Below, one piece after another: positions 38,815 to 58,314 of a DNA stretch of 64,000 nt. Positions within the stretch are counted from its first letter, which is position 1. Each line of letters starts with the position of its first letter. This DNA comes from the human T2T-CHM13v2.0 reference genome, Homo sapiens: assembly GCF_009914755.1 (NCBI RefSeq), contig NC_060939.1; one strand, written 5' to 3'. The notes under the pieces were generated by a model, which searched no databases, was not told where the DNA came from, and saw nothing but the letters and a program-made list of their open reading frames with translations. The translations under genes were made by a program, and so were the position numbers.

Positions 38815-39485
38815 TGCGCCTGAGGCGGCGGGCCCAAGGCTCAGCCCTCCTCCCCGAGTCCCGAGAGGCGCGAGGAGGATGAGCCTGCCAGATGCCTTGT
38901 GCGCATCTATCTCCAGGGCCGGGGAGGCTGGGCGAACTCCCGGGGAGGAGACTGGGTCAGGGACACCTGCGGAACTCGGCGTGGCCCCGACCCGCCGGCC
39001 TCGGGCGCGGAGGGGTGGGCAGGTTAAGAGAGCAGGAGGAGGGACCTGCGTCCTGGTCCGGGACTGGGGTGGCCGGGGCAGCTGCGCTCCTAGCAGGCGG
39101 GGCGTGGAGTCTGGAGGAGCGACCGCCCCGTCCTCTCGGCTCCCCGGGCCCCGCCCCGGCGGACGCGCGCCTCGCGCCCGGGCACCAGCGCGCGCAGGGG
39201 CTGCGGAGCGGCAGGATGCAGGAGGAGCTGGCGTGGGAGACCGACGGCCGTGAGTCTGCCTGGAGGAGGGAGGGGGGCGGGCCGAGGCCGAGAGGACCCC
39301 CGCATCCGTTTGGGGAGTGCCAGGGGTGAGGTTGGCGCCCTCCGAACGGCCACCTCCGTGTGGGGCGTCTGTGTGGCTCCGAGCGGAATGGTTACCGGTC
39401 CGCGCACTGGGCCGAGGGGACCTTGCCAGTGCGTCTGGGACTCGGGGACCACACCCGCCAGGTGAGCGGGGAGCAGCGGCTGAGA
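38815..39485 (+). promoter_or_regulatory. CpG-island promoter of ANKDD1A
   Basis: Very high GC with dense CpG (e.g. ggacgcgcgcctcgcgcccg); GC boxes GGGGCGTGG (~39099) and GGCCCCGCCCC (~39147); no obvious TATA; contains the first coding exon. Confidence 0.88.
39216..39249 (+). CDS. ANKDD1A: ANKDD1A coding exon 1 (MQEELAWETDG + 1 nt)
   Basis: ATG at 39216 in context gcaggATGc within the CpG island; donor C|GTGAGT at 39250; phase 1 matches exon 2. Confidence 0.93.
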
Positions 39486-41259
39486 GGTTAGCTACAAATA
39501 ATAAAGGTAATAGCGATCCTTGACTGCGTGCTGTACTTTGTGTGCCAGGCCTTGACCCAGGAGAGGCACGTCATTTGATCTTCGCTGCGGCCATATGGGT
39601 AGGACATTATGTTATCTTCATTTCGCAGATGAGAAACTGAGGCACAGGGTGTTCAAATGAGTTGTTCAAGGTCACACAGCCATTGAGTGGTAGAAGTGCT
39701 GAAGGGCCCAGCTCACCCGGAATGCTGGGGCTGGATAGCGAGTGGAGACCGCATCAGATGGGGCACGCACTCAGAGGAGAGGAGCCTGACTGGCCACAGG
39801 TGGAATGAGGGCACCTCCGAACCTCCCTCAAGGAGTGCGCCCAGTGCCAGGGCCTCTAGGCCGGGCAGCAGCGTCTGTGTGGGCATCAGCTGGCCTGGGG
39901 CAGCTTTGGCTGCACCGTCTGGGAGAGGGGAGAGAAAGATTGTGTCGGTGTCTGCACTGTGAGTCCTTGATCCTGCAGCCCTGGCTGAATCCTGACAGCT
40001 GAATCCCGGGGCTTTCCCTCAAAAGCGCATAGTGCAGCTCACTGGATTCCTTTGAGACCTATAGTGTCCAAAATGCTGGCACACTGCATCTACTCAGCTG
40101 AGGGATGTGTTGGGGGTGGGAATGCTCAATCAAGATTAGGTACATGGTTCTGCCTGGGGCGGAGGATCACTTGAGTGGGCCTGCGAAGAATGTGTACCAA
40201 TGGAGCATTGGGGTGTGTGGCAGAGAATTCTGGACAAAGACCCAGCATGGGCAAAGGCTCAGGTAGCTCAGTGGGTATTGGATGTGGCCAGAAAGAGGGT
40301 GCCGGATGGGAGGTGGATGGAAGAGATGAGACTGGACTTGATTTCATTCTAACTTAACCTTCTCTGGCCTGACCCTATGCAGTGTCTGCTGGCTTCCCAT
40401 TGGAACTCCTGGCTGTTTGCCAATACAAACCAGGCCAATCCCCCTAAGCTGCACATAAGATAGAGGGTGCCAGACAGGAAGGGACCTATACAGATCTCTT
40501 TCTTCACCCTCCCCCAGTTTTACAATGGAAGAAACAGACCTACAAGGGGGATGTGACTAGCCCAGGATCCTGCTGCTGGAAAGTGGCAGGGAAGGTACTA
40601 GAACCCAGGCCTCTGTAAGCTCACATCTGAAGTGGCAGCTCTCTTTGGCTACCAGAATTTGACCCTTTGCCTTGGAGGAATAATAGTGATGATGATGGTG
40701 GTGGTGGTGGCGGTGTGGTCATTATGTGCCAGACACTGTGCCAGGGGGTTTTCATATCTCATTTCTAATCATGATATTAACCTTGTAGGGAAGCTCGCAC
40801 TCCTGTTTTGCAGATGAGGAAACTGCCTAACACAGCTAGGAAGTGGTTAAGCCAGAGTTGAACCCAGGACTGTGTGATTGCCCCCCAGGGTAGCAACTCT
40901 GAGATCCACAGGTTGTATCCATGAGGCCCCAGAAAGCTCAAGATCCTCTTTCTCATCTGGAGAAGACTGTGTGGAATTTATCTAGAAAAACAAACTGCAT
41001 GGCAGGCCTGTCTCTCACCTCAGTGCATCTTAGCCTTCCCTACCAAGACACTCGTCACCTGTCCCTGGATACACAAAGGGGCTGGGTTCAGACATTCATA
41101 CTGGACCAAACATGCAGGCTATGGGGTCACTTGCCCTGCAGTGACTATGGAAAGGGCCAGCAAATATTTGTCTCTGTGCTAGTATGTGTGAGCACTTTGG
41201 GAGAGGGGACAGGCATCTATTCGTCTGGGGATTGTTGGTGTCACTCATACAAGCAGAGA

Positions 41260-42002
<743 letters not shown>

Positions 42003-42246
42003 TAGACATCCTCACAATCAAGAGCCGTCAGGATGATGGCAGCATGGGGCTCCGGTGGGGATCATCTGGACCTGTGTCCTCCTGGCTCAGAGACTAATGC
42101 AGTCTGACCCTGAGCCCACAGGTGTGCGTGACAGGGGTTGGCAGGGGGAGCTCTGAGGTTCCCTTTAATCTGAGACTCTGTGCTAAAGGTGCAGCGATGG
42201 GGGTGAGAGGAGCACAGAGAAGAGAGACCACAGAGAAGGAAAATCA

Positions 42247-42735
<489 letters not shown>

Positions 42736-42972
42736 TTAATTTCATTTCCTTCCCCAAGAGCAGCTCTTGGGAGGGTACATGAAACTTGGATAATGGGGCA
42801 CACATTTAGGCTGCTGAAAATGGCTTCGCCCTGCTCTTCCATCTTCAGGGTTTCACCACGTCCTGGTTGCGTGGCTGTGGGGTGAGTTAATGAGGAAGAG
42901 CAGCCTGTCTGGGGAGGACCCTGACCTTGAGAGGGAGGAGGGCTGTGCCGCTCTGCCCCTGTTCCTAGCTGA

Positions 42973-43203
<231 letters not shown>

Positions 43204-43607
43204 TGAATCCAGGCACCTGGGATAGTGTCACGATAATGCCAGTACACAGGGGGAATAGTTTATCTGAGCTAGAGGCAGGCACATTTGCATGTGTAAACTT
43301 GGAGGGAGGCTCAGGCTCTGTCCTCATGGCCTGCATTGTCTCGAGGAATCTGAGGCTTAGAGTGGTTGGGCCCCCACCCAAGGTCAGGACCAGGATGTCA
43401 AGCCAGGCTTGGGCAATTCCAGAGGTCAAACTCTTAACTTCTGGGACCCATCTGAGAGGTTAGAGCCAGGAGGGCCAGGGTCAAAGGTCAGCAGCCAGAA
43501 GCTGGCAGATGGGCAAAAGAGGAGGACAGACATCACACAAAGCATCTCACAAACAATTCATTCCCTCTGTGATAAGTTGTCGTAAGAGCGTGTGCAGGAG
43601 GGTCGGC

Positions 43608-43912
43608 TTTTTTTCTTTTTTTTTTTTTTTGAGACAGGACCTCATATCACCCAGGCTGGAGTGCAGCGGAGCAATCACAGCTCACTGTAGCCTTGACCTT
43701 CCTGGGCTCAGTTGATCCTCCCATCTCAACCTCCTGAGTAGCTGAGACTACAGGCGTGTGCCACCATGCCAAGCTAATTTTTGTATTTCTTCTAGAGATA
43801 GGGGTCTTGCTATGTTGCCCAGGCTGGTCTCAAACTCCTGGACTCAAGCTGTCCTCCCACCTCAGCCTCCCGAAGTGCTGGGATTACAGGCATGGGCCAC
43901 CTCACCCTGCCA
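43608..43912 (-). mobile_element. AluJ in intron 2
   Basis: Alu consensus. Confidence 0.9.
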
Positions 43913-44646
43913 GAAGTGGCATTTTTGAGGAGCCAAGTGAAGGACAATATTTCAGGCAGAGGGAATAGTATGGGCAGAAGCCCTGAGGTAGGAAGGAGCA
44001 GCTGGGCTCCAGAGAGGGGATGTGGCTTGCCTGAGACCACAGAGAAAACTAGTGCTTCCTTTCATTGTCCCCTCATAAGCTGAGAACTACAGAGGGGAGA
44101 AGTGGGCACAGGGGCCACAGGCCAGCTTCCCTCAGGCCTATTTGGATAACGTTATGAACTGCCAAGGTGGTCTGAGAATGAGGTGGTGGGTCAGGTCCCT
44201 TCAGCCCCATTCTGAGAGAAGGAAGGGGACAGAACCCAGGCACTCCAGTGCCTCTCAGGGACTTGGAGGATAATCCTTGGCCACATGGGGCTTTCCAGCA
44301 GGGGGAACAGCAGGAAAAGGCCTAGAGGTGGGAAGCTGCTTGGTATTTCTGAGAAGCAGTGGTGGGCAGTGCCAGACCATGCAGCGCCTCATCATCCCCA
44401 AGGTTAGGAGTTTATCCTGAGAACCATGAGAAACTGTGAAGAGTTTTAGATGGGGACAGATGGGTCCAGTCATTTTACTATGTTGGCTCTGGCTGCCATG
44501 TAGGAGAGGAGCATGTGGCAGAATGGGGCTGGGTCCCCAGCTAGCTGGGGACCAGAGCCAGCAAAGACCCTTCCAGCCTGCAGACCAGCTGTCCTGGGGG
44601 AGGGTGTGGGAGGTGGTCCAGGCAGCCAGGTGGCAGCAGCACCTGA

Positions 44647-45039
<393 letters not shown>

Positions 45040-45074
45040 TGATACCATGCGAACAGAGAGAGGGCTGTAGAACA

Positions 45075-45350
45075 GATAATTGGGTGGATTGATAGAGGCC
45101 TGATTAGCAAAAGCACCAGGAGGAAAGTCTCTCATGATATGCCACAGGGCTCTGCCCTGGCTAACACTTCAATCAAAGTCTTGGATAAAGACTAATAATA
45201 GTCTTAGTTAACCAATTGGCAGGCAGCGTGTTGCTGAGAGAGAGCACTGATGAGTAACGGGGTCTGTAAAATTATCTCTACAGGTTTGGGAAAAAGGCTG
45301 AATCTAATAATGACATTTGAAAGGGATACACTTATGGCTTTGTCTACATT
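45075..45350 (+). mobile_element. L3/CR1 reverse-transcriptase fragment
   Basis: gatatgccacagggctctgccctgg... corresponds to the CR1 GVPQGSVLGP motif, followed by degenerate INDLD/KFADD-region sequence. Confidence 0.55.
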
Positions 45351-45366
45351 TAAATTAAAAAAAAGC

Positions 45367-46250
45367 GCCTGGGCGCGATGGCTCATGCCTGTAATCTCAG
45401 CACTTTGGGAGGCCAAGTGGGTGGATCACTTGATCCCAGGAGTTTGGGACGAGCCTGGACGACACGGCGAAACTCCGTCTCTACCAAAAAATACAAAAAT
45501 TAGTCAGTCTCATAACCTGGTGTCTAAATACATAAATAGATAAAAATTTTAAAATAAAAAATAAAACCATAAACTTCCCTGCAGCGACTTAGTTGTCCAT
45601 GAAAACAATTTTCTTTGTTCCGGCTTCTCTCTGCTCCCAGGCCTCACTATGTGGGGGCTTGATTACTAGTTGGGGTTGAGGTGAGGCAGCAACCCTTACC
45701 TCCCCCATTCCCCAATCCTGTCTCCTCCCTGTACCTGCTTAGGCCTCCTTTAGGGATGCCTTTAGGAGCAGAATGTCTAGGATCCTTAGCCTGAGCTCCC
45801 TGGTGAAACACTAGAGCCTCTTGCATCAAGTCTTTATACCCACAGAGACCCCCACTATCACCACTGTGCTGTTATTTCTTCCTTCAGGGGTTTAGTGAGA
45901 AAAGAAGCTACGAGGGAGAACAGTAAGAGGGGGCCCTTTTAGAAACCCTCCTTGTTGGCCAGGTGCGGTGGCTCACACCAGTAATCCCAGCACTTTGGGA
46001 GGCCAAGGCAGGAGGATCACCTGAGGTCAGGAGTTCGAGACCAGCCTGGCCAACATTTCGAAACCCCGTCTCTACTAAAAATACAAAAATTAGCTGGGTG
46101 TGGTGGCACACACCTGTGATCCCAGCTGCTGGGGAGGCTGAGGCAGGAGAATCGCTGGAACCTGGGAGACGGAGGTTGCCATGAGCCAAGATTGTGGCAC
46201 TGCACTCCAACCTGGGTGACAGAGCGAGACTCTGTCTCAAAAAAAAAAAA
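45367..46250 (+). mobile_element. Alu left monomer with non-Alu tail (45367-45566) and AluS (45957-46250)
   Basis: Alu consensus. Confidence 0.87.
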
Positions 46251-47519
46251 GAATCCTCTCTGTTTCTTTTGCAAATGGTAATAAGTAACCTTTTGAAAAA
46301 TAAGACAGCCTGCTGGGCTTGCCTGCTGTAGTAATGGGGTTCGGGAGATACTGGAGAAGGGAAATCCTGTGGTTGGAGGAAAGTCTGTAGTGATATGCCG
46401 CAGGACTCTGGCCTGGACAGTTCCTAGGAACTATGTATGTGGGGAAAGCTGGTATAGGACTGTGATGTATCCCGGGGGTCCCCACTGTCAGGAGGCTCTG
46501 GCTCCCATGGCTCTCCCTCCCTCAGTCCTGAGCCTTCACCCTTTTTACTCCCAAGCGTCTGTGGACTCCTTCCTCTGGACTCTGCCCGTGCTTGTTCTTT
46601 CTCCTTCCTCCTGCAGCCAGCCCACAGTTGCTGATACTCTACCAGGTGCTGAGCTCTGAACCAGTGCCAGGTCTCCTGGCCTCTTCGGCTCTAGTTAAGG
46701 CCAGCTGTAGACCCTCATTTGTTTCTTTTGTTTTGTTTTATAATTTTTAATTTAAAAAATATGTCCCCATCTTGGATGATAGACCCTCATTTGAGGCTCT
46801 ATGCGAGATCCAACACCTTCTCTAGGATTTCATGAGGAAGAACTTAAGTGCTTGTGGTCCCTGCTGGCTCTTGCTTCCAGCTTCTGGTCAGCTTTTGGCG
46901 TTCTCTTGAAATTTTGCAAATAGTCCTTTGACTCCACCCTGGTGTCATCCCAAACATGGTACCTCTCCCCGGTTTCCAGGGACTCCATTCACAGAAGGCT
47001 TGTGGTGTGGTTTTCCAAACTGGGAAATAGAGGAGACCTACATTATACATGAAAACAATGTAAAAATCCTAAAAACCCCTCTTTGACATTCTGTTCTTTA
47101 AAGGCCCTTGGTCCTCTCCTTGCCTTGGCCCCAGCCTCTGCTTCCCTCCTCTCTCCAGTGCTGTCCTTGTCTGCACCACCCGCCTCCTGCCTCCAAATTC
47201 CCGCCTGTTTCTAAAGCAAAGCAGTGCAACTCTCTTTGGATGCTCGGGAGCCTGCTGATCAGTGAGTTCCCTCTGAGTTTCACCTTTTGCCTCAACCCTT
47301 TGTCAAGGCTTTTACCCAAACACAGTTCCCTCCCTAAGAGGAATTCTGGTGCCAACCGCTAAGACCCCTTTTCTTGGTACCCCTCACAAAGGCTCCTGGT
47401 GGAGCCAACACACCCAAGGAGGCACTGCAAAAAACCATTCCCAGGATCTGGCTGGCTCTTGATGTATCCCCGGAGCTGAGTTTGGAGGCCTGGGGTTGCT
47501 CTTCACAGAGAAGAAAAGA

Positions 47520-47657
47520 CTCCGGGGAGGTGGGGGAAGTGCAGAACCCTACTGCAGTGGAGGTCAGTGAAGGGACTCTGGGGACCCTGGAGCACGGTGC
47601 AGATGTGGAGGAAGAGCACCCTGCAAACAGGTGTGGGGCTGCCCTGAGTGGAGGCAT
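47520..47657 (+). pseudogene. putative decayed duplicate (pseudo-exon) of ANKDD1A exon 3
   Basis: ctccggggag|gtggg vs exon-3 acceptor ctccgggcag|gtggg (14/15 nt); colinear LEHGADVEEE vs [10 protein letters not shown] (24/30 nt). Confidence 0.45.
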
Positions 47658-47836
47658 AGACATATTTTCAGTTGCTCCAGAGAGTTGGTGGGATGGAAAT
47701 TGCAGGAGTACAGATTTCAATAGAGCTCGAGGAGGCATTTCTAACAGAAGCCAGTGTTTGACTGCGCAGGGATGTCTCGTGAGGTGATGTGGTGCTGCAG
47801 ACTTAAGCTATCTGCCTTGAAGATATTCTATGGGAT

Positions 47837-50850
<3,014 letters not shown>

Positions 50851-51249
50851 TCTGTCCCATGCCATTGTTAGGATCCTGTTGGCAGTGGTGGGAGTGCCTG
50901 AAAGCATTTGGGTTGGAAAATCCATCCCAGAGAACCATGCCCCTATGTGGTGGGTCACAAGATCTGAACTGGAGTGTGGGAGGGAGGGGCCAGCAGGAGG
51001 GCACCCTGTGAATACACCCAGGTTCAAGCTCAGGGTTCTGCTCTCTGGTCCTGCCAGCCTGGCCTGGCTTGGCCTTGGAAGGGCTCAGTGGCCCTGGGGA
51101 ATCCAGTGCTGTCTTGATGGAGTATACTATAAACAGAGTTGTGAATGAGCCTCCATGTTCTAGAATGAGGGAGGCGGGGTCTTGGGTGTATATGGAGGGT
51201 GAGGTTCTGAGTCACGGACTCTTCTAGTTAAGCAGATCCCCTCTATATT

Positions 51250-51755
51250 TGTTTTCTGTTTTTGGCAACAAATCACTCTAAAATTTAAACGTAATGAATC
51301 TGAAAGTAATGATATATTATTTTCCACAATTCTGTGGTTGGCGGGCAGTTCCTGTGGCCTTGCCTGGGCTCACCTACAAGGCTGCAGTCAGCAGGTGGGT
51401 GGGCTGGGGGCTGGCTGGCCCTGGAGGGTCTCACTCACATGTCTGGAGCCTCTGCAGGAAGGGTTGGAATGTCTGGGATGGTGCAGCTGGTTTCTCCAGG
51501 TGGTCACTGATCTTTAGGGAGTTCAGCCTAGACTTCCTTATGTGTCTGCCTCAGGACAGCAAAAGAGCCAGAGCAGAATTGGCAAGGGCTCTAGAGGCCA
51601 AGGCTGGAAAGCCACGTGGTGTCACCTCCATTGCATTCAAAAGCCCATCACAGGACCAGTGTAGAGTCTCAGTGAGAAGAGTAGCACCACCCTGGGGTGT
51701 GCTTCCAAGGGCAGGAGGAATAGATGCAGCCAGCTTTGCAAATGATAGACCCCAC
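51250..51755 (-). mobile_element. old MLT1 LTR (F/H-like)
   Basis: gggctcacc..gctgcagtcagc..ctcactcacatgtctgg motifs typical of reversed MLT1. Confidence 0.55.
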
Positions 51756-52193
51756 TCTTCCTTTCAATCTCTTATTCAAGGTCTTCCCCAAAGGGATTCA
51801 TCTTACCTATAGATGCCACAGGCCCAGTCCTGCTTCTGCCCTAAAGCTTTCTCCTTTCGCTGCTGTTTATGTAGCTCTACCTTGCCAGGCATTGGTGATA
51901 TTTACAGTTTTACTAAACTATAGACTATAATAAGATTTCAGCAGTTTTTCCATTAATATTCTATAATGCTTTAGTCATTTTGTCTCCTTAGTCTCTTCCA
52001 ATCTTGTGATGATTTCTTTGTTCTTCCTTGTTTTCCATGACCTTAACCGTTTTGGAGAGTAGTAGCCAAGTATTTTGTGGAATGTCCTTAATTTGGGTTT
52101 GTCTCATGTTTTCCTCATGAAAATCATCCGTCCAGGGCTATGGAATTTGGGAAGAACACAAGAGGGAAGTGTCCTTCTCATCCTTTCATATCA

Positions 52194-52643
<450 letters not shown>

Positions 52644-53143
52644 TCAAATAATCTGACCTTAATACAAGGCAGGAGTAGAAGCTCTGGGGCATAAACATAG
52701 TATTTGCAAGTCTCCTTCCTTTTGCTTCTAGGCCCCAGAGACCTTCTTCCTGTCCACCCCCAACCCAGGCCACTTCCCTCTACTCCCTGCAGACCACATC
52801 TGCTCTTAATCTGCCCTAGAAGGTGAGGAGGTCACTTCCTAGTGACATACACTGGTCACTTGGTCACCTGCTTCTTCATTAGCAGCTGTATCAAGGAAGG
52901 CAGATACCTAGAACCTTCTTAACTGTTCTGGAGGCTACTAGTGCTACACGACCTCACCGTACATGTTTGAATTAATTTTCAGTTGATAAAATACCTTTCC
53001 TGTAGGTCCAGTCCTCTCAACCACCCACTGAAGTGGTCGGGGATTATGATGCTAGTTTGTCCTGTGTGAAAGTGGAGGCTCAGAGAGGTGGAGGTAACTG
53101 GCCCGAGACTCCGGAGCTGAGGGGTGCTGGAGCTGGGATTTGA

Positions 53144-53554
<411 letters not shown>

Positions 53555-53945
53555 TGATCTGTGGGCATATTGCACCTGGCCTGGGGAGCCGCTGGTTGGG
53601 AAGAGGTGTTGAGGCGCAAATGAGCAGAATACAAGCAGAACACAGTCAGTTGCCACAGAGAGGTCTTGATCAAGGACTAGGTGGGTTAGAAAAGCAAGCC
53701 ATTGCTTCTGCTTCCTGGAGGAGGTGGCATTTGGTAAATAAACTGGATTTGTGGGTAAGATTGGAAATCAGGGGTTGGAGAGGGCACCAAATGGAAGAGC
53801 GAGGCTTGTGGGAGCTTTAGGGACAGGAAAGGGCTCTAGTGTGAGTTCTGAGGGACTGGAATCTTAGGAGGGAAGGTCTGATGGGTGGTTGGGGGTCCCT
53901 CTGGCGATCTCAACCCCCATCCTCAAGAATCTGTTTATTCATTAG

Positions 53946-54296
<351 letters not shown>

Positions 54297-54854
54297 TGAG
54301 GCTCTGGGATCCTGACCAGGGTGCAAAACTTGCCACCTTCCAGGCTCTGGCTCCTCACCTGTGTCCACGTCTGACTCCGATTGCGCTGGAGGCCCGTGTG
54401 GCCCAAAGATGAGAGTGTATTTAGTGTTCATCCAGCAGGCCCTTCACCAGCGTGTGCTATGGGCCAGCCCTGTGCTACAGGTTGGTGGCATAAAGATGCC
54501 CAAGACACCGTTTCTTACTCGAGGAACTCAGTGCCACAGGCATAGTAAGGATTTCTGATCCGACGTGGCTGGCCAGGGTGGCAGATCTGGGTGGTTGGTA
54601 GTGCTGCCTGGAGTGGGTTGAGCAGGGCTGTGATCTACTGGGGTTGTCTGTTGTTGACAGATGTGGGGAAGTGTTAGGGGGTGGTAGCCACACATCTGCT
54701 CTGCTATGGTTATGGCAGGAATAGGTTGGGAGCATGGAGAAGGTAGCATATCATTCAGGGCTTGTGAGCAGGATTTCACCAATCTGAGAAGGGGTAAGGG
54801 ACGGGGACCAGAGGGTCTACCCTGCAAATGACTCTTATCATTGGACCCTTGTGA

Positions 54855-55189
<335 letters not shown>

Positions 55190-56430
55190 TGTTACAGCAA
55201 ATTCTAAATGATGCCTCCAACAAAGAGATTAACTCCATTATTAATCTTCTGGTTAATGTGCTTGGCCAGGATAGAGGGAGTTCTGTGTAAAATGAAGTGA
55301 TAGAGAGCTCACACACAAATGCACTGCAGGGTCTTGGAACTGGAAGGCATCTGAATTCAGCCTTCTCATTTTACAGCTGTGGAAACTGATGCCCAGAGAG
55401 GGACATGCCTTAGCCAGGGCCACACAGTGAGACACAGGTAGAGCTGGATTTGGAAGCAGCATCCTAATGCATAAAGCTGTCTTTCTCCCCTTACCAGGCT
55501 GCCTCCTGGGTTGGACCCCCTTGGGTTCTGCACTGAGTCCATCCACACTCATCCTTTTGGGCTGAGCAGGTCCTACCCTGTGCAAGGCACTGGGCCAGGA
55601 ACTAGGCATGCAAAGAGCGGGGAGGGCAGTGCCTGCCAGGACTGGCAAACCCAAGAGGCAAAATGATCACACCTCAGGGCCCCAGGAGAGCATGAGCACC
55701 AAGAACAGTGAAAGATAAAATACAGCTTTGATGAACTTCTCCAGAATCTTGCAATCAGAAATTCTGCAAAGAAGCTTTTAAAATTGCATACCCCTGTTAA
55801 GTTTTGTGTTTTCACAATGGGAGTGTTTTCATTTTTCAGTTTCATCTGGGAGTGGGGCACGGTAAGTTTTTCAATGCCTGATAAGGGGGATAGACCTCTT
55901 AGAGTCAATGACAACACAGGTCACTCCACGTGTACTCTAGAATGCTAGGGAGGCTTTGAGAGTCCAGAGAGAGCTATTAACTCCACTTGGAAGGGCAAAG
56001 TTGCTGTCAAGGCCTCACAGAAGTGGAGATGCTGGACATCCCCAAGGTGGAGGGGAGAGGGCCCCGGGCCCACGCCAAGGCTGCCTTCTGCCCAGCTGTC
56101 CTGCCTCTGAGCCCCCTGCCCTGCCCAGGAAAGTGCGAGCGCCTGTCAGGCATCCATGTGTGCCACTTGCAGCTTCAAATGGCAGGACATGGATATTTAT
56201 AACCCAGAAGGAAGAAGAAAGCCCTGCCACGGTCTCTACACCCTGCTAACTGGGGGCATGTGTTGGCCCTTCATGGTTCACCTGCTTCCTGCGTGTCTCT
56301 GAACACAGAGATTTCACGCTGTGATTGCATTTCCCACCGCTTGTCCTGGCTCGCAGCAGCCAGCCTGCAGGCTATAGGCTGCAGAGAAGCTGGCAAGGAG
56401 AGAAAAACAAAGCTGTTGAGGGCTTTTTAA

Positions 56431-56766
<336 letters not shown>

Positions 56767-57116
56767 TAAAGGACAACCCCACGCAGGCTGACCTCAGCAG
56801 GGGCCACTTCTGATACAAAGTACGTTGCGCCCTCTGCCCTGCCCCATGCAGCTGCTTCTCTTGGCTATGTCACTGTCACCTTTAGACTTTCCAAGTGCAA
56901 AGCAACTACCAGTCCTCTGGCCCTCAAGTCCCAGGGACACATGTCAAGCTCTCCACATGATCACCTGAAGACCCTCCTACATTATTGACTCATTGAACAA
57001 ATATCTACTGAGTGTTGGCCATGTACCCCCGGCCCTATTCTAGGCACTTAAGGAAACTTCAGAGAACAAAATAGATGCCCCTGTGGTGCTTATGTTCCAG
57101 CAAGAAGGGTCAGACA

Positions 57117-57560
57117 CATGGAACCAACCCAAATGCCCATCAATGATAGACTGGATAAAGAAAATGTGGCACATACACACCATGGAATACTATGCAGCCA
57201 TAAAAAGGAATGAGATCATGTCCTTTGCAGGGACATGGATGAAGCCAGGAACCATCATCCTCAGCAAACTAACACAGGAACAGAAAACCAAACACTGCAT
57301 GGTCTCCCTCATAAGTGGGAGCTGAACAATGAGAACCACATGGACACAGGGAGGGAGACAACACACACCAGGGCCTGTTGAAGGGGGGCAAAGTTAGGGA
57401 GAGCATCAGGGCAAATAGCTAATGCATGCAGTGCCTAATACCTAGGTGACGGGTTGTTGGGTGCAGCAAACCACCAATGCACACGTTTACCGATGTAACA
57501 AACCTGCACATTCTGCACACGTATCCCAGAACTTAAAGTAAAATTAAAAAAAAAAAAAAA
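57117..57560 (+). mobile_element. 5'-truncated L1PA (ORF2 end + 3' UTR + poly(A)), sense in intron 6
   Basis: Translates WNQPKCPSMIDWIKKMWHIHTMEYYAAIKRNE (L1 ORF2 C-terminus); TSD gtcagaca 57109-57116 / 57561-57568; inserted in an L2 remnant. Confidence 0.92.
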
Positions 57561-57936
57561 GTCAGACAATAAATACTAAGCACTCAGCCAGTGACAGAGT
57601 GTGTTAGCAGGTGATCTGTGCAGTGGGGAAAGGAAAAGCAGGACCCAAAAATAGTCTCAGGAGGACAGAGGTGGGGGTTGTAGTTTCAGTGTGGCCCGGG
57701 CAGGCCATGCTACTCAATGAGAAACTAACGTCTCACACAAAGACTTGAGGGAGGCAGGTGACTGAGCCAAGCAGCTGCCTGGAACAGCCTGAGCGCAGGG
57801 GAGAGTTGCTGGGGCCTTGAGCCGTGAGAGGAGATGGATCTGGGGGACATGAGGAGGGACCGGCTTCAGATGGGCACGTGGAAAGTAGAATTGGATTTGT
57901 TTAATTTTTAAGCAATGTGCCTGCCTTGAAGTATAA

Positions 57937-58314
<378 letters not shown>

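Noticed and set aside
46419-46432. Perfect 14-bp palindrome AGTTCCTAGGAACT (STAT6-like TTCN4GAA)
   Set aside because: About four such palindromes are expected by chance in 64 kb, and there is no supporting context.
57083-57325. 80-aa ORF with clear protein similarity
   Set aside because: C-terminal remnant of L1 ORF2 in a truncated element.
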